From Chondromyces crocatus (GTDB taxonomy: Bacteria > Myxococcota_A > Polyangia > Polyangiales > Polyangiaceae), in the NCBI RefSeq assembly GCF_001189295.1, contig NZ_CP012159.1:4073773-4105772 (forward strand): a stretch of DNA of 32,000 nucleotides, given 5' to 3'. Positions 23,603-32,000 of this stretch are shown one piece after another. The notes under the pieces are model-generated. The model made no database searches. It saw nothing but the letters and a program-made list of their open reading frames with translations, and was not told the DNA's origin. Numbering within the stretch: the stretch's first letter is position 1; every line of letters begins with the position of its first letter. A program made the position numbers and the translations under genes.

Positions 23603-24820
23603 ATGCGTCGATCCACGCGGTTTCTCTGGTCTCTGCCGTTGCTCCTCCTCGGGTGCGGTCCAGCCGACGTGGCGGAGCCGGAGGCGCTGGGCGTGTCACT
23701 CCGCCTCCTCGCGAAATCCATCGCCACGCTCGATGACGGCCGGCCGGAGCCTCCAGCGCGCCAGCGAGAGCGAGGGGCCAAGGGGGGTGGCGCCGAGGCC
23801 GCGGGAGTCGAGGATCGCGCGCTCTCGAAGGCCGTCGCCGAGCTGCGTCTGGTGGTGCATCAGGCCGAGTTCACCGTGGCCCGCCTCGCCAGACGGGTTC
23901 CGGCGACGGCGCCCGGTCAGCTCGATGCGCTGCGCCAGAGCACGGAGCGACTCCACGAAGCGGTGACCGTGGGGCGTGCAGCGGAGGTGCAGCGGGCCGC
24001 CGAGGAGGTGGAGGTCCACGCGCAGCACGTGTCTGCGCTGCTGCGGTCGGTGGTGGACGGGGTGAGGCCGCAGCTGCACAGGACCTCGGCCGACACGGGG
24101 ACGCTCTCGGGACGTGTGCCGACCACGGTGGGGACCACGATGGTGCGCGTGATCTCGGCGCTCTACACCGCGGCCACGATCGCGGGTGTGTGGGGGGCGC
24201 TCGCGGCACGCGACAAGCTCGATCGGCGCAGGCGGGGGCTGAACGTGCTGGTGTTCCTCGGGCTCGGGACGTTCGGTGCAGGGGCGGCCACGGTCTGGGC
24301 GCCTTCCATTGCTGCGCTGATGGCGCCGGAGCTGTCGATCCCGGATGGCGAGCAGGGGTGCGCGCTGGCACTGTCCAGGGGAGGAGAGCTGGAGAGGGCG
24401 CTGCGGATCGCCGTGGAGCGCGCCGAGCGACGCGCCGGGGGGCCGCGGGGGAGGGACGGGATGGTGGTGATCGGCGATGCCGTCCAGGGGCTGAGCCGCA
24501 GTGAGCTCCTCGTGCGGGTGCGCGGAGGCAACGAGCAAGGCCTGCTGGCGTCGACCGGGAACACGGCGCGATCGGAGCAGGGGAGCGGCCAGGCTCCGGG
24601 GGCCGCCTCTTCGGTGCCGCCTGCACAGGTGTCGGCGCACGACGGGGCGGAGCGGCTCGCTCAGGAAGTGCGGGAGCTGTCGGCCGAGTGCGTCGCGTTC
24701 GCCCTGGCTGGCGAGGTGGCAGAGGAGGCGCGGTACTTCCACACACTGGCCGCCGAGTTTCTGGGCCAGTCGGTGGGGTCTGCGGCGAGCGAGGCGCGGA
24801 GAAAGGCGCCCGATGGCTGA
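23603..24820 (+). CDS. hypothetical lipoprotein/membrane protein
   Basis: Starts at ATG 23603: MRRSTRFLWSLPLLLLGCGPAD, which carries a lipobox. Two internal hydrophobic helices are present (VISALYTAATIAGVWGALAA and LNVLVFLGLGTFGAGAATVW). It forms the 3' part of a 958-aa track ORF whose 5' part is antisense to rlmN and out of frame through the GST gene. Confidence 0.55.
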   Translation: MRRSTRFLWSLPLLLLGCGPADVAEPEALGVSLRLLAKSIATLDDGRPEPPARQRERGAKGGGAEAAGVEDRALSKAVAELRLVVHQAEFTVARLARRVPATAPGQLDALRQSTERLHEAVTVGRAAEVQRAAEEVEVHAQHVSALLRSVVDGVRPQLHRTSADTGTLSGRVPTTVGTTMVRVISALYTAATIAGVWGALAARDKLDRRRRGLNVLVFLGLGTFGAGAATVWAPSIAALMAPELSIPDGEQGCALALSRGGELERALRIAVERAERRAGGPRGRDGMVVIGDAVQGLSRSELLVRVRGGNEQGLLASTGNTARSEQGSGQAPGAASSVPPAQVSAHDGAERLAQEVRELSAECVAFALAGEVAEEARYFHTLAAEFLGQSVGSAASEARRKAPDG

Positions 24821-24832
24821 GAGCACGTCGGC

Positions 24833-25759
24833 TCAGCGCACCGCGTGGGCGATGCCTGCCTGGAGGGTGCCGAAGGTGGGCACGCCAGACAGCTCGGCGC
24901 CCAGCTCGACCAGGGAGCGCGCGACCTCCGGACGGATGCCGGTGAGCACGGCGCGAGCCCCGAGGAGGCGCACCGCCTGCACGGCGCGGAGCAATCCGGC
25001 GATGGTCTCGGAGGCGATCTCGCGGACACCCGTCAGATCCACGATGGCGACGCGGATGTGCTGGGTGGTCACGCCCTGGAGCAGCGCCTCGGTCAGGCGT
25101 GCCGCTCGCTGACCATCGACAGGGCCGACGAGCGGCGCAACCAGCACACCGTCGGCGATGGGGAGGAGCGGCGTGGAGAGTTCTTCGAGCAAGATCTCCT
25201 GGCGCTGCACGGCCTCGTAGAGTTGCTGACGCTCTTCCTCGATGCGCTTGCTGGCGCTGAGATCGCGCGCGACGCAGAGCAACGCCTCGGGCCGTCCAGC
25301 TTCATCGCGCACCACGGAGGCCGAGAGGGAGGCAGGCAGCACCTCTCCGGATCGGGTGACGCACAGTCGCTCCTCGTCATGCACACCGTCGCGCTGGAGG
25401 ATGTCGCCGAAGTCAGGAGGCGAGAGGTCGGGGAAGATGAGGGCGAGCTGCTCGCCAATCAGCTCGTCGGCCGTGCGTCCCGTGAGATGCTTCGAGGCAG
25501 GGTTGGCGATACGGATGACCCCGTCCAGCCCGGCGAGGATGAGCAGGTCACTCATCGAAGAGAGGATGCTCTCGAGGTAGCCAGCCTTGGAGACGACAGG
25601 GCGGATGCGTCCTACCTCGGTCTCCAGCGCCGAGAGCGCATCGAGCGCGCTGCTCACGTCACGTCCCTCAGCGTCTCCTGCCTCGCTCGCAGTCGCGAGG
25701 CGCTGGAGGCTTTCCCGGAGGCGGGCCAGGGGCGCGTCAAGGAGGGGGTGAGGTTCCAT
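24833..25759 (-). CDS. PAS-STAS sensor protein (RsbR-like), paralogous in architecture to 18319..19455
   Basis: The PAS module reads LESILSSMSDLLILAGLDGVIRIANPASKHLTGRTADELIG. A coiled linker follows. The STAS reads TPLLPIADGVLVAPLVGPVDGQRAARLTEALL..VAIVDLTGVREIASE..LLGARAVLTGIRPEVA. Confidence 0.8.
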   Translation of the reverse strand: MEPHPLLDAPLARLRESLQRLATASEAGDAEGRDVSSALDALSALETEVGRIRPVVSKAGYLESILSSMSDLLILAGLDGVIRIANPASKHLTGRTADELIGEQLALIFPDLSPPDFGDILQRDGVHDEERLCVTRSGEVLPASLSASVVRDEAGRPEALLCVARDLSASKRIEEERQQLYEAVQRQEILLEELSTPLLPIADGVLVAPLVGPVDGQRAARLTEALLQGVTTQHIRVAIVDLTGVREIASETIAGLLRAVQAVRLLGARAVLTGIRPEVARSLVELGAELSGVPTFGTLQAGIAHAVR

Positions 25760-25911
25760 CGCGGCAGGGCCTCGGAGAGGTCACCGTACCCGCCGCTGCG
25801 TGGGCAGCGCAAGCCCGCTCTCGGGGCTGCATGGTCAGGGGAGGGGAGAAGAGCGCGTTCGGTGACGTGACGTCGAACGAGGGGGCGGGCGCCCCCTCGG
25901 AGGAGGCGTGC

Positions 25912-28900
25912 TCAGTTGCCGAGGTCGACGACTTCGAGGCCGTACGTGCCGAGCGAGCAGAGCGCCTTGTGGTTGGAGATCGTCACGTGGTCGGGTGAGG
26001 AGCGCATCTCGGCTGCTTGCTCGAACGAGAGCGCGTCGAAGTCGGTCGAGTCGAGCGTCCACAACCCGGCCGGCGACCAGCTCGAAGCGACGAGCTTCTT
26101 CCCGTCGACGGCGATGGGCATCATGTACCCGGCTTCCTCGGTGGCGAGCTCGGCGACCTGGAGCGCGCCAGCGCGGATGCCACCCACGGCGAAGATCTTC
26201 GAATCCGAGCCGTAGTAACCCGAGTCGTTATACCAGCTGTAGTTGTTGGCCATGCTGAAGACCCGGTCATCGCCGACCACCACGCCGGTGAGCTGGGTAC
26301 CATCGGGGATGGGGTGCGAGTCCAGCAGGGTCGCCAGGTTGTTCTCGATCTCGGTCACCTTGAAGGCGCGGCGGATCGCGATGCAGGTCCCCTTCCCGGT
26401 CCACTGATCCCGGTTCTCGGGCTCGAAGAGAGAGTCCCAGCCGTGGTTCCGGTAGCAGGTCTCGTAGTCGATGTTGGTGTACGTGAGGCGCTGGTAGTCC
26501 ACGGTGAGCAGCCTGTTGGTCGTGGCGTCGAACGACATCAGCGAGCCGGGCACGTTCACGGGCGGCAGCGAGATGGGGATCGACGGGACCCCGACGTTGA
26601 CGCGGTCGAGGTAGAAGCGCGCCTTCGTGTCGTCATCGGGCAGCGGCACCCAGTGCGAGAGCATCACCGTCGTCCCCTCCGCGCGCAGCGCAGAGTGTCC
26701 GCTGGCTTCGGGCAGCGCCACGGTCGCGACGTGCGTCGGCTGGCCAGGGTTGCTCAGATCGACGACTTCGAGCCAGCCGGGGCTGAGCTGGGGCGCATTG
26801 AAGCCACCCAGATCGTAGTCATCGTAGTAGTCGTACGGGTAGTTGTTCCTGGACTGCGCGTTGGAGCGGCGGAAGACGAGCGCGTTCCCGGCCTGCACCA
26901 CCATGTCACCCGACTGCACGATGGGCTCGTAGTAGCTCCACAGATCGGTCTGCGACAGCGGGACCTGCGTCTCCCCCCCGATGACGGGGTTCGCGGGATC
27001 GGTCACGTCCACGGAGAGGATCCGCGCCGACGTGCCCATGTCGGAGGGCCACACCAGGTACAGGTGTTGCCCGTGTCCGAAGAGCCGCGCGTTGTACAGG
27101 CCGTAGCCGTAGCACCCGCCTTGGGTCACGCTCGACAGCTCGACGCGTCCGATCGGGTCGGCCCGATCGGGCGTCGCTGCAGGGACCAGATCGATGCGCG
27201 CCTCGCTCGTCCACCAGTCGGCGCTGAGGCGGGCCACCAGGTTGCCCACCTGCACGGACTGGTTGGAGATGGTCGCCAGCGCCTTCGAGACGACCGGCTG
27301 GGGCGTGTCACGGTTCGCGATGTTGAAGGTGCGCACCTCGGCGTCGGAGACGGCGAAGAGGCGCCCGTCGCTGACGAAGGCGCGGCGCGCCTGGCCGTGT
27401 GACGAGGCCACACCACGCTTGGTCAGCGAGTTCTGCGTGAAGTCGACGAGCTGGATGCCGCTCTCGTACGAGCCGCAGCCGTACTCGTTGTCTCCGTAGC
27501 TCCAGCCCGAGTAAGGCACGAGGATGAGGCCGAGCTGATCGATGATGGTGAACGCCTTGTGGATCCGGTCCTGATCCTCGGCGAAGTTCGACCAGTCACC
27601 GCCGAACGCGACGCGGTTGATCATCGTGGGGTTGCTGAGATCGGAGACGTCGAACAGCGAGACGTGGAGCGAGCCTCCCGACTGCGCCTGATCGAAGCCG
27701 AGCGCCAGGATCCGGTCGCCACGAGGCTCCATGTGGTGAACCCAGCCCGGCATCTCCAGCTCGCCCATCTGGACGGGGTTCGTGGGATCGCTCAGATCGA
27801 TGGTGAACAGCGGGTCCGTCTGCTCCGCGGTGATGGCGTAGCCGCGCTCGCCGTCGAAGCGCACGGAGCGCAGCGTCTCCGGCCTGGGGAGCACGAGATC
27901 CTTGTAGCCGAGCGGCTGCAGGTTCTGCGACGAGATGATGTTGAAGGTCTGCACCGCGGGCACGTCGCCCGACCACCACATGCCGGGCTGGCTGATCACG
28001 CGGAGCACGCCGTCATGCTCGTCCATCTGCCAGCGGTTCTCGATCTGGCCCTTGGCCTGGACGGTCGTCCCGAGGACGAGATCGCCTTGCGGATCGGAGA
28101 TGTCGACCACCTGGATGGTCGAGTGGCCTTCGCCGCTTCCGTTCCACTCGATGCCGGCCACGTACATCCTCTCGGAGGTCGCCGACACGCTGCGGTGCCA
28201 GCCGTAGCCCCACTCGTCGTTGTCCGAGAAGCTCAGCTCGTCGACCTTGGCGATCGCGGTGGGGTTGCCGACGCGGATCGAGGTGATGGTGGTGTTGCGC
28301 TGGTTGTTCTCGCAGCCCCAGCAGTAGCCATTCTGGTACGACACCGCGTAGAGCACGTCGCCGACGATGCGCGAGTCGGAGACCGCGCCCGCCAGATCGA
28401 AGCTGCCGAGCTGCATGATGTTGCTCGGATCCTCGACGTCGAGCGCCTCGATGTGGCTCGAGGTCTCCCAGCTGTACGACCCGTCGGCCGCGTTCCAGAT
28501 GTACTGGCCCCACTCGTTGAACATCGCGTAGACGACGCCGTCGCGCAGGTACATCTCGAAGGGGGTGCCCTGGTTGGCGGAGTATCGTCCCAGCAGCGTG
28601 AGCTGGTCGGGGACCGAGATGTCGATGATGCTCAGGCCTGCGTACTGCGAGAGCGCGTAGAGCTTGCCCTCGTGGATCTGGATGATGTCGGCTTCCGCGA
28701 TCGCACGATCGGCGCCGTTGCCCGCACCATCGTCTGCCGAAGGCGCGCCGAACCCGCCAGCGCCCGTGTTGCCTTCGGAGTCTTCATTGTTCGAGTCGCT
28801 GGAGGCCTTGGGGTTGTCGGAGATGAAGTCGTGCGGATCCGTGGCGCCGCCCTGGCAGCCGACGAGGCCAGCACCTGCGGCGGCGATCAGCACCGCTGCA

Positions 28901-28932
28901 CATTCAAGAAAAGCTCGGTTGCGAAGTTTCAT
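25912..28932 (-). CDS. large secreted lipoprotein with beta-propeller domain (COG4880 / PF09826-like)
   Basis: Starts at ATG 28932, with GGAG 8 nt upstream: MKLRNRAFLECAAVLIAAAGAGLVGCQGG, which carries a lipobox. The segments RWQMDEHDGVLRV and TDPLFTIDLSDPTNPVQMGELEMPGWVHHMEP are typical of the secreted 'beta propeller domain' family. 1006 aa. The track ORF of 1193 aa has a spurious 5' extension. Confidence 0.75.
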   Translation of the reverse strand: MKLRNRAFLECAAVLIAAAGAGLVGCQGGATDPHDFISDNPKASSDSNNEDSEGNTGAGGFGAPSADDGAGNGADRAIAEADIIQIHEGKLYALSQYAGLSIIDISVPDQLTLLGRYSANQGTPFEMYLRDGVVYAMFNEWGQYIWNAADGSYSWETSSHIEALDVEDPSNIMQLGSFDLAGAVSDSRIVGDVLYAVSYQNGYCWGCENNQRNTTITSIRVGNPTAIAKVDELSFSDNDEWGYGWHRSVSATSERMYVAGIEWNGSGEGHSTIQVVDISDPQGDLVLGTTVQAKGQIENRWQMDEHDGVLRVISQPGMWWSGDVPAVQTFNIISSQNLQPLGYKDLVLPRPETLRSVRFDGERGYAITAEQTDPLFTIDLSDPTNPVQMGELEMPGWVHHMEPRGDRILALGFDQAQSGGSLHVSLFDVSDLSNPTMINRVAFGGDWSNFAEDQDRIHKAFTIIDQLGLILVPYSGWSYGDNEYGCGSYESGIQLVDFTQNSLTKRGVASSHGQARRAFVSDGRLFAVSDAEVRTFNIANRDTPQPVVSKALATISNQSVQVGNLVARLSADWWTSEARIDLVPAATPDRADPIGRVELSSVTQGGCYGYGLYNARLFGHGQHLYLVWPSDMGTSARILSVDVTDPANPVIGGETQVPLSQTDLWSYYEPIVQSGDMVVQAGNALVFRRSNAQSRNNYPYDYYDDYDLGGFNAPQLSPGWLEVVDLSNPGQPTHVATVALPEASGHSALRAEGTTVMLSHWVPLPDDDTKARFYLDRVNVGVPSIPISLPPVNVPGSLMSFDATTNRLLTVDYQRLTYTNIDYETCYRNHGWDSLFEPENRDQWTGKGTCIAIRRAFKVTEIENNLATLLDSHPIPDGTQLTGVVVGDDRVFSMANNYSWYNDSGYYGSDSKIFAVGGIRAGALQVAELATEEAGYMMPIAVDGKKLVASSWSPAGLWTLDSTDFDALSFEQAAEMRSSPDHVTISNHKALCSLGTYGLEVVDLGN

Positions 28933-29196
28933 GTCTCGCTCCGGAGAGAGGTTGCGTGACGGACTGCGACGAAGTGGGCCGATGCACCCGGACGCGGACA
29001 GCGCCATCGTGCTCGGGTCACGGTGTGCCTCTATGCATGAGGCAGGCCACAGGCCGATACGCGGGAAAAGCGCTGGCTTCAGCACCTTGTGCCATGAGCC
29101 ATGTGCCATGTTGTGCAAGTCACTGGGCGACCCGGTCAGGCGGTCGGCGCTGAGAGGCCGAGACGTCGGGGAGTTCGGCTCGGAGAAGCCCGTGGA

Positions 29197-29247
29197 GATG
29201 GGACGGATGGGTCGATGGGGGATGATGGGGGATGATGGGATGATGGA
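29197..29247 (+). repeat. GATGR pentamer-rich purine tract with five G3-5 runs (G-quadruplex-type motif)
   Basis: The tract reads GATGGGACGGATGGGTCGATGGGGGATGATGGGGGATGATGGGATGATGGAAGG. The G-runs are at 29200, 29209, 29217, 29227 and 29237, separated by 5-6 nt loops. It sits 115-165 bp upstream of the kinase ATG on the coding strand. Confidence 0.6.
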
Positions 29248-29362
29248 AGGTCGACCCGTGAGGCGCGCTGGTTCACCCGTCGCTCGACGGTTCTCCGGGG
29301 CTCCGTGGACGTCGGGGCGTGGCTGATCTACGACGGGCGGAGCAAGGAGGGGCCGCTGTCGC

Positions 29363-30877
29363 ATGGATATCGGGGCGGGCGGGATCATCGGCAGCAAATA
29401 CCGGCTGGAGCGCCCGCTCTCGCGCGGTGGGATGGGCGCTGTGTGGGCCGCGCGCCACATCGCCCTGGAGCAGGCCGTCGCGATCAAGCTCATGGAGCCC
29501 GAGCTGGCTCAGCGCGCCGAGTTTCGTGAGCGCTTCAACCGGGAGGCCCGGGTCGTCGCCCGTCTGGAGTCGCCGCACGTCGTCCAGGTGAAGGATTTCG
29601 GGGTAGAAGACGAGATCCCCTACCTCGTGATGGAGCTGCTCCGCGGCGAGGACGTGGGCCGAAGGTTGCGGCGCGTGCAGCGGTTAGGTTTAGCCGAGAC
29701 GGTGCGGATCGCTGGCCAGGCCGCGAAGGCCCTGCGCTGCGCGCACGACGGGGGGCTCGTTCACCGTGACCTCAAGCCCAGCAACCTGTTCATCGCCCAC
29801 GTCGGGGGCGAGGAGTGCCTCAAGATCCTCGATTTCGGCATCGTCAAGGTGACCAGCGGGACGCTCTCGGGGGGCGTCACGAGGACGGGGGAGCTGCTCG
29901 GGACGCCGTTCTACATGAGCCCGGAGCAGGTGCGCGGCGACAAGGGCCTCGATCTCCGGAGTGATCTCTGGTCGCTGGCCGTGATCCTGTTCGAGCTGGT
30001 GACGGGCAGGCGCCCCTTCGACGGCGACAACTTCGGCGCCGTGCTGGCGCGGATCCTGGTCGACCCACCACCGCTGGCGACGGCCTGGGCGCCTGATTTG
30101 CCAGCGACCCTCGATGGCTTCTTCGCCAGAGCGCTGTTGCGGGACCCAGGTGAGCGGTTCCAGTCGGCCATGGAGCTGGCGATGGCATTCCGAGCTGCGG
30201 TGGAGGTGAACCCTCGTGATGCCGCGTTCTCGGTGAGCCAGCTCCCGATGTCGTGGCCCAGCCTGCCGCCTGGACCGGCGACGCCGAGCAGCATTCAGGC
30301 TGGTGCGGCCTCGATCCTCCCGGGGCCGGGGCGTGAGGGCACGCCGAGTGCCGTGGCGATGCCGGTGGATCAGAGGTCGACCGTTCAGCGCTGGGCACTC
30401 GTGCTGGGGGCTCTGGCGGTCGGGAGCGGATTGACGGCGGGGCTCCTGTTCTCGCTGCGCGCGATCGAGCAAGAGGAAGAGGGCATGGCGGCTCGTGAGG
30501 GGCGTCAGAAGGCCAGCGCGACGGTGAATGCTGCGGTTCTCGGAGCGTCTTCGGGGGCGGTGGCTCCAGGTGATGCGCCGGCAGGTGAGGGCGAGAACGA
30601 TAGTTTGCCAGCGGTCCATGGATCGCCAGAGGAGGCCCCCGCCGAGGCGATGGTGCTCGGATCGCCCACGGCGAGCGCAGCATCCCCGCGCACCACGCCC
30701 AGGTCGACGGCATCGGTGCCGATCAAGGCTCCTGGTCGCGTGCATCCTCCGACATCGCTCCCGGGAGCCGAGCGGAAGCCGGCTGGGGGACCTTCGTTGG
30801 GACCCTCCGTCGCGCCGTCGCCATCGGCGGGAGTGGGGAGCGGCGAAATTCGCGATCCCTGGGAGAACCGCCGCTGA
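29363..30877 (+). CDS. membrane-anchored Ser/Thr protein kinase with a Pro/Ala/Ser-rich extracytoplasmic tail
   Basis: AAGGAGG lies 12 nt upstream of the start. The kinase motifs are RPLSRGGMGAVWAA, VAIKLM, HRDLKPSNLF, ILDFGIVKV and GTPFYMSPEQ. One TM helix is present (WALVLGALAVGSGLTAGLLFSL). The C-terminal 130 aa are low complexity. Confidence 0.9.
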   Translation: MDIGAGGIIGSKYRLERPLSRGGMGAVWAARHIALEQAVAIKLMEPELAQRAEFRERFNREARVVARLESPHVVQVKDFGVEDEIPYLVMELLRGEDVGRRLRRVQRLGLAETVRIAGQAAKALRCAHDGGLVHRDLKPSNLFIAHVGGEECLKILDFGIVKVTSGTLSGGVTRTGELLGTPFYMSPEQVRGDKGLDLRSDLWSLAVILFELVTGRRPFDGDNFGAVLARILVDPPPLATAWAPDLPATLDGFFARALLRDPGERFQSAMELAMAFRAAVEVNPRDAAFSVSQLPMSWPSLPPGPATPSSIQAGAASILPGPGREGTPSAVAMPVDQRSTVQRWALVLGALAVGSGLTAGLLFSLRAIEQEEEGMAAREGRQKASATVNAAVLGASSGAVAPGDAPAGEGENDSLPAVHGSPEEAPAEAMVLGSPTASAASPRTTPRSTASVPIKAPGRVHPPTSLPGAERKPAGGPSLGPSVAPSPSAGVGSGEIRDPWENRR

Positions 30878-31011
30878 TGCAAGGAACGTTGGTGGCTCGC
30901 GAGGGCCACCTGCGCAGGGCATCCCGTGGGTGAAGCTCGACAAAAGCAAGCGCGCCGGCCCCCGCGTCTCTTCGACGGGCCGGCGCGTCGTCAGTGCGGT
31001 TCAGCTCTGTC

Positions 31012-31926
31012 TCAGGGGACGATGAACAGCGCGCCCGTCATGCCAGTCAGCGCGTGCGGAACGCAGTAGTAGGGATAGGTTCCGGTGAAGTTCAGCGTGA
31101 TGATGCGCGACGTGCCCGAGTCCGTCACCGTCGAGAAGGGGCCGGTGGCTGCCGGCACGCGGGTGCCGTTCTCGACGACACCACCCTGTAGCGGATGCGC
31201 AGAGAAGCTGCCGCTGATGGTGAGCTCCGTGCCCTGCGAGACCTTGACGCACCTCGGGACGTAGACGGCCCCATTCGCGCCACCAAACTCGATGGTGGCC
31301 GTCGACATGAGCGTCCAGTCCAGGGCGTCGTCGGGATTGCAGCCGTTCACATCGGCCACGCACACGCTGCCGTAGCACATGCCGCTCGAGCACTCGGCGT
31401 CGGCCGCGCAAGGATCGCCGAGCCCGCCGCTGGAGCCACCGCCCGAGCCGCCGTCGCCCCCAGCACCACCGGAGCCACCCGAGCCACCCGTGCCCCCAGC
31501 ACCGCCGGAGCCACCCGAGCCACCCGTGCCCCCAGCACCGCCGGAGCCACCCGAGCCACCCGTGCCCCCAGCACCGCCGGAGCCACCCCCGCCGCCAGCA
31601 GCGCCCGCGCCACCGTCGCCGCCCGAGCCGCCCATGCCGCCGTGGCCGCCATGGCCGCCATGGCCGCCGGAGCCACCCCCGCCGCCAGCAGCGCCCGCGC
31701 CACCGTCGCCGCCCGAGCCGCCGACGCCTCCACCAGCACCACCGTCGCCGCCTCCGGACGTCACGCCATCACCGCCGGTGCCCCCAGCACCACCGGTGCC
31801 AGTGCCTGTGTCGACGATGAGCGAGCGATCCGGGGACACGAGGATCTCGCAGCCCGATGCGAGGAACACGAGCGAAGTCGTGCCCGCGGCCAGACCAGCG
31901 AGGAGCCAGGGGCTTTTCAGGTTCAT
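31012..31926 (-). CDS. lipoprotein: about 150-aa Gly-rich repeat linker plus Cys-rich knot plus C-terminal cupredoxin (type-1 copper, plastocyanin/pseudoazurin-like) domain
   Basis: The start MNLKSPWLLAGLAAGTTSLVFLASGC carries a lipobox. The C-terminal YPYYCVPHALTGMTGALFIVP gives C-x2-H-x4-M copper ligands, with an upstream His in FSAHPLQGG. Confidence 0.8.
   Translation of the reverse strand: MNLKSPWLLAGLAAGTTSLVFLASGCEILVSPDRSLIVDTGTGTGGAGGTGGDGVTSGGGDGGAGGGVGGSGGDGGAGAAGGGGGSGGHGGHGGHGGMGGSGGDGGAGAAGGGGGSGGAGGTGGSGGSGGAGGTGGSGGSGGAGGTGGSGGSGGAGGDGGSGGGSSGGLGDPCAADAECSSGMCYGSVCVADVNGCNPDDALDWTLMSTATIEFGGANGAVYVPRCVKVSQGTELTISGSFSAHPLQGGVVENGTRVPAATGPFSTVTDSGTSRIITLNFTGTYPYYCVPHALTGMTGALFIVP
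31471..31722. repeat. in-CDS DNA repeats: 36-bp unit x3 in perfect tandem (31471..31578), plus a perfect 54-bp direct repeat (31579..31632 and 31669..31722)
   Basis: Read directly. The 36-bp unit is GGAGCCACCCGAGCCACCCGTGCCCCCAGCACCGCC, encoding GGAGGTGGSGGS on the minus strand. The 54-bp copies flank the (GGH)3GGM-coding segment at 31633..31668. Confidence 0.9.
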
Positions 31927-32000
31927 GTGTAAGCGTCTCCCAAAATCAGTTCGATGGTGAGTCGGGGCGCCTCCGGCGTCCCGGGGTGCCCAGAACGTCA

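Noticed and set aside
24816-24837. Hairpin GCTGAG-N10-CTCAGC spanning both stop codons of the convergent genes, as a possible bidirectional terminator
   Set aside because: It has only a 6-bp stem and no flanking U/A tracts. The symmetry is largely forced by the two facing stop codons, which is insufficient for a terminator call.
26017-28959. Plus-strand ORFs of 461 aa and 466 aa
   Set aside because: They are antisense to the beta-propeller lipoprotein gene. The translations are Arg/Val/Gly/Asp-rich and lack domain features.
29089-29110. TGGCAC-containing triple repeat as a sigma-54 promoter for the beta-propeller gene
   Set aside because: TGGCAC is present twice on the minus strand, but no TTGC-like -12 element occurs at the required 5-nt spacing. 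I keep it only as an unexplained short repeat within the divergent region.
29690-30949. 419-aa and nested minus-strand ORFs
   Set aside because: They are antisense to the Ser/Thr kinase gene, whose catalytic motifs are unambiguous on the plus strand.
31195-31960. Plus-strand ORFs giving Pro-rich repeat proteins (..PPAPPEPPEPPVPP..) or Ala/Thr/Arg repeats
   Set aside because: These are the reverse-complement readings of the Gly-codon repeats (GGN read as NCC). The minus-strand frame has a lipoprotein signal at one end and a cupredoxin domain at the other.

Overview
This is a high-GC (roughly 70%), densely coding chromosomal segment. Several traits suggest a myxobacterial (Polyangiales/Sorangium-like) genome, though this is inference only. 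The traits are two eukaryotic-like Ser/Thr kinases, many lipoproteins with Gly/Thr-rich linkers after the lipobox Cys, and abundant long Arg/Pro/Ala-rich antisense ORFs. I support 26 CDSs. Housekeeping genes: an aroK-aroB fusion, a phosphohexomutase, accC, a GNAT, an RluA-family pseudouridine synthase, rlmN, and a GST. Redox and sensing genes: a three-gene periplasmic molybdo-oxidoreductase operon (di-CxxCH lipoprotein, 2Fe-2S subunit, TAT-exported Moco subunit), TspO, and two PAS-STAS (RsbR-like) proteins. Secreted or lipoprotein genes: a PNGase F-like protein, an 86-aa poly-Thr/GEGGA lipoprotein, a 1006-aa beta-propeller lipoprotein, and a cupredoxin with a repeat-expanded Gly/His linker. 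An M14 carboxypeptidase and several hypotheticals make up the rest. I saw no rRNA, tRNA, CRISPR array, cas gene, transposase, integrase, phage gene or recognisable canonical defence system. I cannot point to a clearly novel multi-gene system. The best candidates for something undescribed are three. (1) An 832-bp non-coding gap between two convergent genes, carrying a 43-bp palindrome-bearing tandem repeat. (2) The divergent pair of a PNGase F-like lipoprotein and a mucin-like poly-Thr mini-lipoprotein. (3) The orphan PAS-STAS / TspO / oxidoreductase co-oriented block. All functional calls rest on motif recognition by eye and need HMM/BLAST confirmation.
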